A stretch of DNA of 64,000 nt. Source: an uncultured Planctomycetaceae bacterium. Its GTDB lineage: Bacteria; Planctomycetota; Planctomycetia; Planctomycetales; Planctomycetaceae. The notes beneath the pieces were generated by a model, which did not search any database, was not told the origin of the DNA, and saw only the letters and a list, made by a program, of their open reading frames with translations. The stretch's first letter is position 1. Each line of letters starts with the position of its first letter. The position numbers and the translations under genes are program-made. Below, piece by piece: positions 23,143 to 34,900 of this stretch. Location: the NCBI GenBank assembly GCA_963813715.1, contig CAWFAK010000017.1, forward strand, positions 1,125,249 through 1,189,248. The letters are read 5' to 3'.

Positions 23143-25264
23143 GCCCACCCCGCTGCCAACGTGGCGTTTGGCAAATCGTAATCGTCGCGATTGTGGCCGT
23201 CTCCATCCTCGCTGAAGGTCGGATGATCGCGCAGGCGCAAGCCCAGCCCGTGGTGCAGCTGCCGGCGAAGCTCACGTTGCGCTATCGCCGGGCTCGATCG
23301 GGCGCCCCCTCCCCGTAGTTTGGCGTTTCGAGTGGGCGGAAAAAACGCCCGCCACCGGAGCGCTTGAATACGAGATTTACGACGAGGGCACCTGCCTGGC
23401 GCAATTTCGGGTTCCCGATTTCGTCCTGTCACCGGGAAAGAACGAATTCAACGCTCTGCTGCCCGCGTTTTTCGTAGGCAGTTCCGCCTCCCTGTTGACG
23501 ATTCACGGGCGGTTCGTGACCGGCAAACGCAGTCTCGATTTTGACGAGCAGACGCTGCGCGCGCCGACCTCTTATGTGCAGTGGTTCAGCGTCGGCGTGG
23601 CGGCCGGCCCCAAAGCGCCGCCTCCAGATTCGCAAATGCGGTTTTACGACAAAATCCGCATCGAGAGCTTTTTGTCGCCCGACCAGGCGGTGAACCAGTC
23701 AGCCACGGTGGGCTACGAGCTGAAGTCGACGGAGATTCCCAACGATCCGCTCACGTTTTGCAATTTCGACGTCTTCGTGCTCACGCCGCCGGCGCTGGCC
23801 GAACTGCGCGCCGACCAGGCCAGTGCCTTGCTGAAGTGGGTCCGCGGCGGCGGCAGCCTGTGCATCGTGACGGGCGGTGGTCTCGAGCCCCGACAAGCCG
23901 ATTGGCTCAACGAGGTGACCAACGAAGATGCGAAACGCGAAAAGTTCGTCGTCGGGCCCAAGGGATTTCTCCTCCCCGGCGAAGATGCGACCGGAACGAT
24001 GCTGACTTTGATGAAGGGGCTGGGGCGCGTCGCCGTCCTTCGCGAACACCTGCTCACCACGATCGAGCCGAACGATGCCAGCTGGATGGCAACCGCCCGC
24101 TTCCTGCTCAAAGGCCATAAGGATAACGATGCACTACATGAGGCCATTCGCGCACTGTTTGACCCGCAGAACCGAGTTGGTGGTGCCATTGCCCCAAGGA
24201 GAACGCCACGCAGAGCGAGTTCCGCACGACCGTCGGGCAACCGCTGGCCCGCTCCACGTTCGAGCAACCTCAACGCGGCTCCGCTGGGCGACTTGGGAAG
24301 CCTGTTCCAGCTCTTGATGCCAACCGGAGTCTCGGCCATTCCGGTCAAGGTGATTGCGATCATCCTGGCGGCGTACGTGCTGACGATCGGACCGATCGAT
24401 TATTTTCTGCTCGGTGCCCTGCGGCTGCGACGATTCACCTGGATTCTTTTCCCCGTGGTCACAGTAGGATTCGCCGGCTTTACCCTTTGGCTCTCGCAGC
24501 GGTACCTGGGATCGAACGACAGCCGGCGGGCGATCGAGATTTACGACTTCGTGCGGGGCGGCACGGTCGCGCGGCGCACGCGGATCGAGATGCTCTTTCT
24601 CAGTCAAGAAAAAGATCTGGAGACGCCGATGGAGAACGGCCTCTTCGCGGTGGTGGGGCGCGGCAATGTGATGAACGGCGGGCCGTTTTTACAAGTCGCG
24701 ACCAAGGACACGCCGGAGACGGTCGGCGTCGACGATCGCTTTCCGAGCAAATACGGGATCGTGCAGCAGGTGCCGCAGTGGCGGCCCGTGCTCAACCGCT
24801 TCTTCTGGCTCGACCCCAAACCCTCCACGATCTATCAGCCGCCCGATTTGCCCGGCGCGGCGGGATTCGATTGGGACACGCCTCCCGGGGTCACCGGTCG
24901 GGATAACCAACCGACACTCGCGGAGCGCGTGCGCCGCGCGTTTGGCCCCAAGGCGTGTGCCGTCGTGCTGCACGGCTCTTCCAAGAGCTACGCGCTCAAC
25001 GATCTCTCCGAGCTGGAACACTTCCGCGCCAAAGGGCCCATGTACGTCGAGAGCCCGGTCGCGCAAATCGTCCAAGAGCTGACCCAGCGCCTGCCGGAGC
25101 AACTCTTCGAATACGTGTCGACCGTATCGCCCAACGGCGGAGCCGAACTGGATGATCTCGCGCTGAGCGACCCCAGCGACAATAACCAAAGCGTGCTGGT
25201 GATCGCCGTCGAGACCGAGTCGACGCTCCACCTCTATCGCCGCGCCTATGCCGGGAGCCCCTGA
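23139..25264 (+). CDS. Membrane hypothetical protein with GATase-like domain (ABC-2 exporter/MoxR operon associated); frameshifts ~23310-23400
   Basis: N-terminal signal-like segment, ALLKWVRGGGSL, GLGRV, YVLTIGPIDYFLL..TWILFP motif; ATGA overlap upstream, TGATG overlap downstream. Confidence 0.7.
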
Positions 25265-26195
25265 TGCTCGTCGTCAATGTCGAGAATCTGTACGTCGACT
25301 ACGGCACGATCCATGCCGTCCGCGGCATCTCGCTGCAGATTCCCCGCGGAGAGGTTTACGGCTTTATCGGCCCAAACGGCGCGGGCAAGTCGTCGACGAT
25401 CAAGGTCCTGGCAACGCTCTTACCCGGATACCGGGGCCAAGCGCAGGTCAACGGCATCGAGGTCTCCCGCGACCCCCAGCTCGTCCGAGAGAACATCGGC
25501 TACATGCCCGACTTCTTCGGCGTCTACGAAGACCTGACCACGCGGGAATACCTCCACTTCTTCGCAGCCACCTATCGCATCCCCGGACCCGCCGTGCGGC
25601 CATCGTCAACGACGTGCTGGAGCTGACCGATCTGACCCACAAGATCGACAGCCAGGTCGATTCGCTCTCGCGGGGTATGAAACAGCGGTTGGCCCTGGCG
25701 CGGGTGCTCTTGCACGATCCGGACCTCTTGCTCTTGGACGAGCCGGCCAGCGGCCTCGATCCGCGAGCCCGCATCGAAGTCCGCGAACTGCTGAAAGAAC
25801 TGAAGAACATGGGCAAGACGATCCTGATCTCGAGCCACATCCTGCACGAGCTGGCCCAGATGTGCACGCGGATCGGCATCATCGAGGCGGGGCAGATGGT
25901 CGCCCAGGGGCCGCTCGACGAAATTTATCGCCGGCTGCAGCTGATGCGCGTGGTTCACGTACAACTGACCCACTCGGGCGAAGATGTGCTGAACCGGCTG
26001 CGGAGCATCCCCGGTGTCGAATCGGTTGATCCGCAAGTCGACCGCATCGCCATTCGCCTGCACGAAGACCGCCTGTCGGTTGAGGATCTGCACGACGCCA
26101 TTCAAGAGGCCGGCGGACGGATCCGCATGTATCAGCCCGAGGCGATGGACATGGAGACGGCCTTCATGAAACTGACGCAAGGCACGACGGCATGA
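25264..26195 (+). CDS. ABC-2 type exporter ATP-binding protein; frameshift ~25585
   Basis: GPNGAGKS, IGYMPDFFGVY, LSRGMKQRL, LLDEPASGLDP, ISSHIL. Confidence 0.92.
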
Positions 26196-28000
26196 AACTC
26201 CGCTGGCCGCGTTTCGGCCTGCCGCTCCTGTCGCGCGAGTTGGCCGAGCAGTCCGCCCACGCCCGGCATTACGCGCTGCGCTGTCTGTGCGCCATCGTGA
26301 TCTTCGGCATTGGCTTCGTCGCCATCCGAGACGTACTCGTCTCGGACGAGTTTTCCGGACAGATGCTGCTCGGCCGCGGGATCGTGCTGGTCGATTGGGT
26401 CACCAGTGCGCAGGCCTTTTTGATCCTGCTCTTTCTGCCGGCCATGACCTGCGGCGCCATCGCGGGCGAAAAAGAACGCAACACCCTCGCGATCCTGCTG
26501 ACCACGAGGCTCGGCCCGCTGACGATCATCCTCGAAAAACTGGCCAGCCGGCTGGTCGTCATTTTCATGCTGCTTTTGCTGTCGCTGCCGCTGTTCGCCG
26601 TCGCCTATTCGATGGGCGGCATCGGTCTGCCCGACTTGCTCAGCCGCGTGACGTGGCTGGTCGAACTGAGTCTCTTCGTGGCGTCACTCTCGCTCATGTG
26701 TTCGGCGTGGTGCGGCAGCACAGTCTCGGCCTTTTTCATGTCCTACTTCGTCGCGGGCTTGCTGGTTTTTGGCGCCGCCCTCCTCGCCGGATATTCGCTC
26801 GTCTTTCATTTCGGACGTCCGGGGCCGGTCGCCCAACAGGTGCTGATTCTGGGAGGAACGGTTCTGTTTCTCGCGATCGCCACGCGCTCCCTCATTTCGC
26901 GAGCGTTCGTCACGCCGCGAAACTTCATCCTGGCTACCTTCCGCGGCTTGGACAATCTCTACACGCGGATGAATGTGATCGTGGGCAACGTGGTGCTGGT
27001 ACGGGAGAAGGCGCTGCTCCCCGCCGACAAACCCATCGCCTGGCGCGAGACGGCCAAGAAGTCGCTGGGCACGGTTCGCTATCTGGTGCGGGTGCTGGTT
27101 GCCATCGAGCTGCCCACGGTGTTTCTGCTGGTGAGTGCCTCGGAAGGAGCGAATTTCGAGCTGAACCGCGGAAATAGCGTCGGCAGTTTTCTGTGGTTTG
27201 CGATTTGGATCATCGCCGCCACGCTGATTGCCGTTTCAGGGGCGAGCATTGTCAGCGGCGAGCGGACGCGGCAAACGCTACCGGTCCTCATCTCGACGCC
27301 GCTGCGAGGCGACGAAATTGTGCGGGAGTTGTTCGCCGGCGTGCGGCGGCTGATCACCGTGCTCTGGATTCCGTTCGCGACAGTCGCCGGCTACGAATTC
27401 TGGTTTCATCTGGGTTCCTACCGCGTCGGGCAGGCGACGATTTTGGAGCGGCTGATCTGCGCAATTGCGCAGATGGCCGTCTATCCGTTCCTCATCGGCT
27501 GGATGACGTTCTATTTCGGCACGCTGGTGCGATCGGCCCTGTGGGCAATTCTCGGTTCGCTGTTCATGATCCTGACCGTGATCTTGCTGCCCTATGCCGG
27601 CGCACTCGCGGCACTCTGGATGGATGCGCACGTAGAGTGGGTGCGAGTCTTCGCCTATTCGAGCCCGGCGTCCATCGTCGTGATCAATGAGGCTGCCGGG
27701 GCACCGCTCACTTACACGCTGATTAATTTCGCTGTATTTGGCACACTGACGTGGCTGATGCGTCGGCATTGTCTGCGCAGTGCCGATCGCTTGCTGGGCC
27801 GCAGCGAGACGCTGTTCGTGACACGCTCCACGGATGCACCGAGCCAGCGGGCTTTCTCGCTGCCGCGTGCGCCACGCCGCCACCCGGACGCGAGCCCGCT
27901 TGTTAGCGAAACTGCCAACTCGATAGAAGGGAACGTGAGTCTTTTCCATGCGCAAGAGAACGAGCTCGCGGACCGCGGAAATGACTCGCGTCCCCTTTAG
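26192..28000 (+). CDS. ABC-2 type permease (duplicated membrane domain)
   Basis: Two IAGEKERNTL..LLTT / IVSGERTRQTL..LISTPL motifs, about 12 TM helices, PIAWRE linker. Confidence 0.85.
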   Translation: MKLRWPRFGLPLLSRELAEQSAHARHYALRCLCAIVIFGIGFVAIRDVLVSDEFSGQMLLGRGIVLVDWVTSAQAFLILLFLPAMTCGAIAGEKERNTLAILLTTRLGPLTIILEKLASRLVVIFMLLLLSLPLFAVAYSMGGIGLPDLLSRVTWLVELSLFVASLSLMCSAWCGSTVSAFFMSYFVAGLLVFGAALLAGYSLVFHFGRPGPVAQQVLILGGTVLFLAIATRSLISRAFVTPRNFILATFRGLDNLYTRMNVIVGNVVLVREKALLPADKPIAWRETAKKSLGTVRYLVRVLVAIELPTVFLLVSASEGANFELNRGNSVGSFLWFAIWIIAATLIAVSGASIVSGERTRQTLPVLISTPLRGDEIVRELFAGVRRLITVLWIPFATVAGYEFWFHLGSYRVGQATILERLICAIAQMAVYPFLIGWMTFYFGTLVRSALWAILGSLFMILTVILLPYAGALAALWMDAHVEWVRVFAYSSPASIVVINEAAGAPLTYTLINFAVFGTLTWLMRRHCLRSADRLLGRSETLFVTRSTDAPSQRAFSLPRAPRRHPDASPLVSETANSIEGNVSLFHAQENELADRGNDSRPL

Positions 28001-28026
28001 AGTTTCTAGACAGGAGTCGATCTTGA

Positions 28027-28656
28027 ATGGAGTCCGCTAACAGGACGGTACGATCGCGGGCTCGAAAACTCACTCAGTCGTTTTTTCGGCGACCGGCGGA
28101 TGACGTTGCCCGCGAGCTGATCGGAAAAATCTTGGTGCGGCGCCTGCGTGGGAAGCTATTTAGGGCCCGTGTCGTCGAGACTGAGGCTTACCTCGGTCCC
28201 GACGATCTCGCGTCACACGCGTCGAAGGGACGAACCCAGCGAACGGAAGTTCTCTTCGGTACACCGGGGCGGGCCTACGTGTACCTGATTTACGGCATGT
28301 ACGAGATGCTCAACGTAGTCGCAGGCGCCGCGGGCCAAGGCCAGGGAGTTCTGTTCCGAGCGGCTGCTCCGCTCGATGATTGGAACGCGAATCTCTCGGG
28401 GCCCGGCCGACTGACGCGCGGAATGCAGATTACCCGGTTGCAAAACGGCCTCAATCTGACCGGTGCGCAGCTGTACTTGCTGGACGATCCTGACTATCGG
28501 CCGACCGTAGAAACCACAAAACGGATCGGCATCGACTACGCGCGTCACTGGAAGGACGCGCCGCTGCGCTTCGTTGATGTCACTCGGCGAGTGCACTCGC
28601 CGGCTAGGCGTGCAGCTTCTGGTAGAAGAAGTAGGACGCCAGGGCGAAGCCGATGA
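28027..28656 (+). CDS. mpg: DNA-3-methyladenine glycosylase (MPG/AAG family)
   Basis: VARELIGK, VETEAYLG.DD.ASH, AYVYLIYGMY, GPGRLT, RIGI, PLRF. Confidence 0.93.
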   Translation: MESANRTVRSRARKLTQSFFRRPADDVARELIGKILVRRLRGKLFRARVVETEAYLGPDDLASHASKGRTQRTEVLFGTPGRAYVYLIYGMYEMLNVVAGAAGQGQGVLFRAAAPLDDWNANLSGPGRLTRGMQITRLQNGLNLTGAQLYLLDDPDYRPTVETTKRIGIDYARHWKDAPLRFVDVTRRVHSPARRAASGRRSRTPGRSR

Positions 28657-29392
28657 AGATCACGAAGAACCGCACCCGTCGTGGATGCACGCGGAGCGCC
28701 AGCTTGGCTCCGACGTAGCCGCCCAGAATCGAGGCCGCCGCCATCGGCAGGCCGTATTTCCAGAGCACGTCCCCTTCAAGGACGAAGACCACCACCGAGA
28801 CGCCGTTAATGGCGACCGTCAGCACCGTTTTGACGGCGTTCATGCGGTTGATGTCGCCGATGCCCATCATGGCAAGGGCCGCGAGCATCAAAATGCCGAT
28901 CCCCGCGCCGAAATAGCCGCCGTAAATCGACACGACCAGCTGAAAGGCGATCAGGCCGACGAGCGACCAACCCGCCTGCTGCGTGCGTTCCGGACCGGCC
29001 GGTCGCCGCGGGCGGAGCGAATCGATCAGCAACAGCAGTGTGGCGACCAGGATCAACCAGGGAACAAGCGCATCGAACCAGGCCGGATTCAAGCGCGTGA
29101 GCAACAGCGAGCCAATCACGCCGCCGACCAGGCTCGGCCCGATTAATAGGATCAACCAGCGGCGGGCGTCGCTGAGCTGACGTCGATAGCCCCACGCGGC
29201 CGCGAAGGAACCCGGCACCAAGGCGACCGTGCTCGTCGCGTTCGCCAGCACGGCGGCGGCTGATCCGTAAACCGGCGTGAGCGCGGCCAGGAGCGCCGGA
29301 AACGTAATCAGTGTGCCGCCGCCGGCAATCGAATTGACGCCGCCCGCGATCAGAGCGGTAACGCAGAGCCAGAAGAAATTGAGATCATGCAT
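28604..29392 (-). CDS. Sulfite exporter TauE/SafE family membrane protein
   Basis: AGGVNSIAGGGTLITFPAL, ANATST, YGGYFGAGIGIL. Confidence 0.9.
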   Translation of the reverse strand: MHDLNFFWLCVTALIAGGVNSIAGGGTLITFPALLAALTPVYGSAAAVLANATSTVALVPGSFAAAWGYRRQLSDARRWLILLIGPSLVGGVIGSLLLTRLNPAWFDALVPWLILVATLLLLIDSLRPRRPAGPERTQQAGWSLVGLIAFQLVVSIYGGYFGAGIGILMLAALAMMGIGDINRMNAVKTVLTVAINGVSVVVFVLEGDVLWKYGLPMAAASILGGYVGAKLALRVHPRRVRFFVIFIGFALASYFFYQKLHA

Positions 29393-29523
29393 CGAGCGGG
29401 CCGGGGACGTCCTGCAAGCGTTTCAGCGAGCATCGCGTGCGCGGACCGATCTGGCAAGCGTCCCAGCCTTTCGGACCGGTTCGAGCGGTTCGAGCGGATC
29501 GCGGCTAAGGTGGGCCGGACGTC

Positions 29524-30555
29524 CTACTGATTGTCGATCACGTGGTCCCGCAGCCGCATCGACGACGGGAAGTCGCTGGCGACGCGGGCCATCAGCACGA
29601 TCGGCTCGTTCTGCATGGCGTAGAGCTTCATTCGCCACTGCCGTTCGAGCGGCGGGGCGGTGGTCGGGCTCCAGGTGGCCACGTGATGCAGACACGTGTG
29701 CCAGGCCTGAGCGATGTATCGCGGCGAATCGCTGGCCAGGCCGATGAGGTACTTGCCGTCGTTCGAGACGGCGCCGATCACCGGAGCCACGTAGCGCGTG
29801 TGGCTCGTGTTCACCGGCAACGCCTCGCCGCCGATCTTCTGCCACACGCCGATGTAATGCTGCGACCAAACGGGATTGTTCCGCGGATCGTCCGGCGGCA
29901 CTTCGTCGGTCTTCGTTCGTTGCGTCTTGTCGAGGAAGGTCTGTCCCTGCTCCGTGAAGATGAAGCAGCGCTGCACCCACGACGGATAAACATTGGCCCG
30001 CTCGCCGTAAGGCGGACTGGCCGAGCCGCCGGCCACAAAATTCGGGCTCTTCTGGAAGCACCAGCAGAGGTTGGGCGTCGGCAGGTTTTCGGGAATCTTG
30101 AGATCCGAGGGCTTGATGTGCGCGTCGAGCGTGAGGCGTCCGACCGCCTCGACCGTGCCCGTGTCGGCGGTGATCGTCGTCTCGTGGATGAGCCCGGGGA
30201 TCGACTTCACCGAGTGCCGGAAGACCAGCTGGTTATCGCTGGGGACTGCCACGCCCATCAGGTTGAGCTTCAAGAATCCCTCGCCGGGCTCGTAGACGCA
30301 GGCGTCGAGCCGCAGGCCGGGGACGCTCGGGAAGATGGTCGAGCAGAAGGCGATGTGCCGGTTGTGCAGCCGAGCGTACAAGGTCGGAATCTTGACCGAG
30401 TCGCTGTTGATCGACTTGGCAATGACGTTGTCTTCGCGATGCAGCGGAGTCGGTTCGGCCTGGACCTGTCCGTTCGAGGCACCGCCGGGGGCGAGAAAAG
30501 CCGCCGCGGCCACGCCGCCGGTCGTCAGCACGTCGCGTCGAGAGAACTTGTTCAT
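29524..30555 (-). CDS. Hypothetical Tat-exported protein
   Basis: MNKFSRRDVL twin-arginine signal followed by hydrophobic stretch; SD-like AAGGGA upstream; coherent codon usage. Confidence 0.7.
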   Translation of the reverse strand: MNKFSRRDVLTTGGVAAAAFLAPGGASNGQVQAEPTPLHREDNVIAKSINSDSVKIPTLYARLHNRHIAFCSTIFPSVPGLRLDACVYEPGEGFLKLNLMGVAVPSDNQLVFRHSVKSIPGLIHETTITADTGTVEAVGRLTLDAHIKPSDLKIPENLPTPNLCWCFQKSPNFVAGGSASPPYGERANVYPSWVQRCFIFTEQGQTFLDKTQRTKTDEVPPDDPRNNPVWSQHYIGVWQKIGGEALPVNTSHTRYVAPVIGAVSNDGKYLIGLASDSPRYIAQAWHTCLHHVATWSPTTAPPLERQWRMKLYAMQNEPIVLMARVASDFPSSMRLRDHVIDNQ

Positions 30556-30851
30556 GGGTCGCCATTCCCTTGGGGGGACGAAAGTCCCCGGTTTTCGCCG
30601 GTTTTTTCCAACAACGAATTGCGGCAATCACCGAACGGTCCCGGCCGATGGAGAGTTCGAGCCGGATTGAGGCGGGAGTGATAGGACAGATGGGCGATGG
30701 AGGTCAAGATCGGTTCCGGCCACGAGTTTCGGGCCAGGAACGCAAGTTTTCGTTAAGTTCCCGCCCAATCGGCGGCACTTACTTCGGCACACCCGAGCAG
30801 CTGCGCCAAATCGACGGCCGGAATGTCGCGTACTGTGTCGCGAAGTAATCG

Positions 30852-31712
30852 CTAGTCGGCAGGCTTGTGAACGCGGGAGAGGGAATCCAAAAACACGTCG
30901 AGGGCGGCGTAATACTCCGGCGTTTGTGGGTCCTGGTGGTCTCCGTTCGGAATCGTGATGAACTTCTTCGGCAGGTTTGCGGCGTCGAAAAGTTCGACCC
31001 CCATCTCATACGGCAACAGGCGGTCGGCCGTGCCATGACTCTGTAATAGCGGGCCGTGATATTTGCCGATCTTGGAGATCGAGTCGAACTGGGTCTGCAT
31101 CACCGAACGCATTGGCAGCCACGGAAACATCGCGTGGCCGACGGCGGGCATCGAGGTAAAGGTGCTTTCGATGACCAGCCCGCGGGCGCCGTCCGTCGCC
31201 AAATCGACGGCCACCGCCCCACCCAGCGATCGCCCCATCACGACGATCTCGCTTTCCGGGATTCCCACGCGATTGGCCAGCCAGCGACGGGCCGCCCGGG
31301 CATCGGCGAGCACGCCTTCTTCGGTCGGCACGCCGTCACTGCGTCCATAACCGCGATAGTCGAACAACATGGCGGTGACACCGACCCGGTCGTGGAGTAC
31401 TCGCAGCTCGTCGGCCCAGTTGGCCACATTGCCACCGTTGCCATGACAAAAGAGCACAACCGCGCGCGGATGCTCGTCTTCGACAAACCATCCGTGCAGC
31501 CGCGTCCCATCCGCCGACTTGAACCAGGCCTCCTCGAAGTTCAATCCGCGCGGCTGCCAATCGCCTTCCGGGTAACGGCTCGGATGGAAAACGACCGATT
31601 CCTCGAGCGGCGCGAGCGGGCTGTATGAGACGTTGCGCAGGGAGACCGGGCTCTGGCAGCCGCAGAGCGAGCCGACGATCAGGGCGAGGATGGGGAGGCG
31701 TGACCCGGCCAT
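30852..31712 (-). CDS. Alpha/beta hydrolase (ABHD17/Bem46-like), possible lipoprotein
   Basis: HGNGGN, DYRGYGRS, GRSLGG nucleophile elbow, ESTFTS, HGTAD, H near C-terminus; LCGC lipobox-like. Confidence 0.88.
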   Translation of the reverse strand: MAGSRLPILALIVGSLCGCQSPVSLRNVSYSPLAPLEESVVFHPSRYPEGDWQPRGLNFEEAWFKSADGTRLHGWFVEDEHPRAVVLFCHGNGGNVANWADELRVLHDRVGVTAMLFDYRGYGRSDGVPTEEGVLADARAARRWLANRVGIPESEIVVMGRSLGGAVAVDLATDGARGLVIESTFTSMPAVGHAMFPWLPMRSVMQTQFDSISKIGKYHGPLLQSHGTADRLLPYEMGVELFDAANLPKKFITIPNGDHQDPQTPEYYAALDVFLDSLSRVHKPAD

Positions 31713-31981
31713 GAACGATCGTCCCGGGCAATCTCGCAGTGAACGCTTGAAGGGAGCGAGCATTTATCGCGCGCGGGCACAACGGTCAAGCCACGGATGT
31801 GGGCCGCGAGAGCTCACGTCCGCCGAAATCAGCCGATCGGTCGGGCTGCCGGGCCGGGTGTCATTGACCGTCGTAGGAATTATCCTAATGTTAAGGGCAG
31901 CCGACCTGTTACGGCCGATTGGAGACGAGGAACACCGCGAGCATCGAACGAGGTGGACAGGTTGAGCTGTCTGGACAAACT

Positions 31982-34900
31982 ATGATAGGCCCGGCGGCGG
32001 CGAAACGGCTGGTCTTTGCTGCGTCGGCGGCGCTGCTTTGGTGCGCGGCCTTCGCATCCGTCCCGTCATGCGCTGCTGAACCGCCGGCGTCCGACCGCAA
32101 CGGCCAGTCGCCGGTGCAAGTGCCCGTCGCGGACGGCCAGAATCGGTCGAACCCAGACCGGCAGGCGCCGCCGACGACCGTGCCGGATGCTCCGCCCGAC
32201 GTGCCACCACCGGCCGTAATTCCGCGAAACCTGCCGCGGCGATCGGGCCGCAGCATCACTCGGCTCGACGAGGATTCGCCCGACCGGCCGCCCCTGGCCG
32301 TCGATCGCCAAACGCTGAAAGAGATGGACGCGGCCGGCGAACTGATTGCCAGGCAGCAGTATCCGGAGGCCCTGCATCATCTGCAGCGGGTGCTCGATTC
32401 GCCCGAAGATTCGTGGCTCGAAGTCCCCGGACCGAAGGGCCCGATCTTTCAAAGCGCCAAGCGCGAGGCCGCGGACCGTATCGGCACACTGCCATCGGGT
32501 GTACGGGAATCCTACGAAACCGAGTTCGGGCCGACGGCCCACCAACTCTTGGACGACGCCACCCGACGCAACGGCAGCGCTCAGTTGTCCGAAGTCGTCG
32601 GCCGCTACTTCCACACCCGCGCGGGCTACCGCGCCGCCTATACGCTCGGCAATCGCCTGTTCGACGAATCGCTGTTGCTGCCCGCCGCCCGACAGTTCGA
32701 GCGGCTGCGAATGTCGCCCGGCGGCGCGGCCTTCGAGCCGTGGCTCTCGCTGAAAGAGGCGTACTGCTGGCTGCGGGTCGGCGAGAACGCCAAGAGCGCG
32801 GCCATCCTCTCCGCGATTAAACAGCGCCCGGGAGGCGAGACGCTCACCTTGGGCGGGCAGCGCGCGACGATTCCCGAAGGCCACGAAGCACTGAGCTGGC
32901 TGTCCCGGCTCATTGGACCGTCCGCGGCCGACAGTGCAGCACTGGCCCCGCGCGATTGGCTATTTGCCGGCGGCGAGCCCGATCGCGATGCGCCCGGCGG
33001 CAACGCCCTGCCGCTGGGAGACGCCGTTTGGACGCAATCGCTGATTCGCGACCACGACCTGCGCGTGAAAGACCGCTTCGCGGAAATCGAAAAGGCACTC
33101 GAGGATTATCGCAACGACCTCGCGGAAAGCGATTCGCTCACAATCCCTTCGGGATCGCCGCTCGTTATCGGCAACACGGCCGTGTTTCGCACGTTTGCGC
33201 GGCTGCGGGCCGTCGAGTTGCGCACCGGCCAGCCGCTGTGGGACTTCGCCGACCGCGACCGGCTCTACGGAATTCTGGCGGCCGCCCGATCGACGACGCG
33301 CCGCGCGAATCGCCTGCCCGTCAGTATGGAATCGCACGAGCAGGACGAACTGCGGCTGTTCCTCAACGCGCGGGCCTTTCGCGATCAGACGTACGCCGGC
33401 CTCAGCAGCGACGGCGAACGCGTGTTTGCCGTTTTCGACGGCGGGTTTCTCGGCCTGGAAGAGCCTCAAAAGAACGAACGCGTCGAGGGACTGGCGCGCG
33501 CAACCACAACGTGCTCGGCGCGATCGATCTGGCGACCGGCCGCCTCTTGTGGGAGCTGGGCGGCACTCGCTCCGACCGCAACCGCGATCTGGCCGGAACG
33601 TTCTTTCTGGGCTGCGGGCTGCCGATCGGCTCGACCCTTTACGTGCTGGGAGAACTCGACGGCGACGTCAGTCTGTTCAAAATCGACGCAGCCACCGGCA
33701 GACGCCTAGCGACGCAGCGTCTGGCCACTCCCCTCGGACGCCTGCCCGTTTATGCGATGCGGCGGTTGGCCGGCGCCAATCCGAGTGCGGCGGCCGGACT
33801 GTTGATCTGCCCGACCACGGGCGGCGTGGTGACCGCGTACGATCCGGCGAGCCGAACACTCGTCTGGGAGTACCGCTATCGCGTCAACCGCATCGGCGAC
33901 CCGCGGACCTGGATGGACGACGTGCTCGAAACGGGTGACGACGAGCGCACTCGCTGGATCGATTCCGCCCCGGTCATCGTGGACGGAGCGGTACTGTTGA
34001 CCCCGCGATTCCGACGATCTGCACTGCCTTAACCTCGCCGATGGGACTTTGCGCTGGACGCAGCCGCGGCTGAATCGGTTGTTCGTCGCGGGCGCCTTGG
34101 ACGGCGTGGTCTATCTCGTCGGTCGCATGGGCCTTGATGCCCTGAACTTGAAGGACGGCAGCGACGCCTGGAACCATGCGGTCGAACTGAGCCTGCCGGC
34201 CGGTCGCGGCTATCGTCACGGCAATCTGTATCACTTGCCGCTTTCATCGGGAGACCTGGCCACGATCGACCTGCGGCGCGGCCGGATTCTCACGCGCACT
34301 CGCTTCTCCAAGAATGCTCAGCCCGGCAACCTTGTCTCCGCCGAAGGAGCGGTCGTCATGCAGTCGGCCGGCTCAGTGCAGGGATTCCCCCCGACCGCCG
34401 AACTGGAGCAGCAGATCGCCAAAACGCTCGAGCAGGCGCCGGACGACGCCGCCGCGCTTGCCGCCCGTGGCGAACTGCGTCTGCACCGAGGTAAAACCGA
34501 CGCGGGCCTCGCCGATCTGACTCGCTCGGTGAAATTGCGCCCGATCCTCGGACGCAATCGATCGCGGTGGCAACCGTGCTCGAGAGCCTGCGATTCGACT
34601 TCGCCGCGAGTCGCACACTCGCCGAGCGGTTCGAACCGCAAATCACCGATCCGCGACAGCGCGTCGAATACCACCGGCTGATGGCGGCGGGGCTCGCGGC
34701 GCCGGCGATCCGGAGGCGGCCCTCGACCACGACCTGCATCTGCTGCAGGACGATAAGCTGGGGGCCATGCTGCTGCCCGACGGCGAGTCGCTGAAGGTGC
34801 AAGTCGCGCAGCTCGTGGCGCCGGACCTGGCCGAGCTGTTCAAAAAGACCACTGTGGAGCAGCGGGAGCGGCTGACCAAGAAAATCGAGAGCTGGACTGG

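Noticed and set aside
10078..26195. Programmed ribosomal frameshifting or mass pseudogenisation
   Set aside because: Shift sites lack consistent slippery motifs, no nonsense codons were seen and catalytic motifs are intact; sequencing error is more parsimonious
28604..28656. 53-bp tail-to-tail overlap of mpg and tauE
   Set aside because: The mpg tail beyond PLRF is low-complexity read-through; such convergent overlaps are common
29477..29502. Short 9-bp tandem repeat CGGTTCGAG x2.5
   Set aside because: Too short and has no spacers; not CRISPR or iteron-like
30779..30848. Inverted repeat TTACTTCG...CGAAGTAA downstream of the hydrolase
   Set aside because: Only 8 exact bp with a long loop and no U-tract; not enough to call a terminator or element
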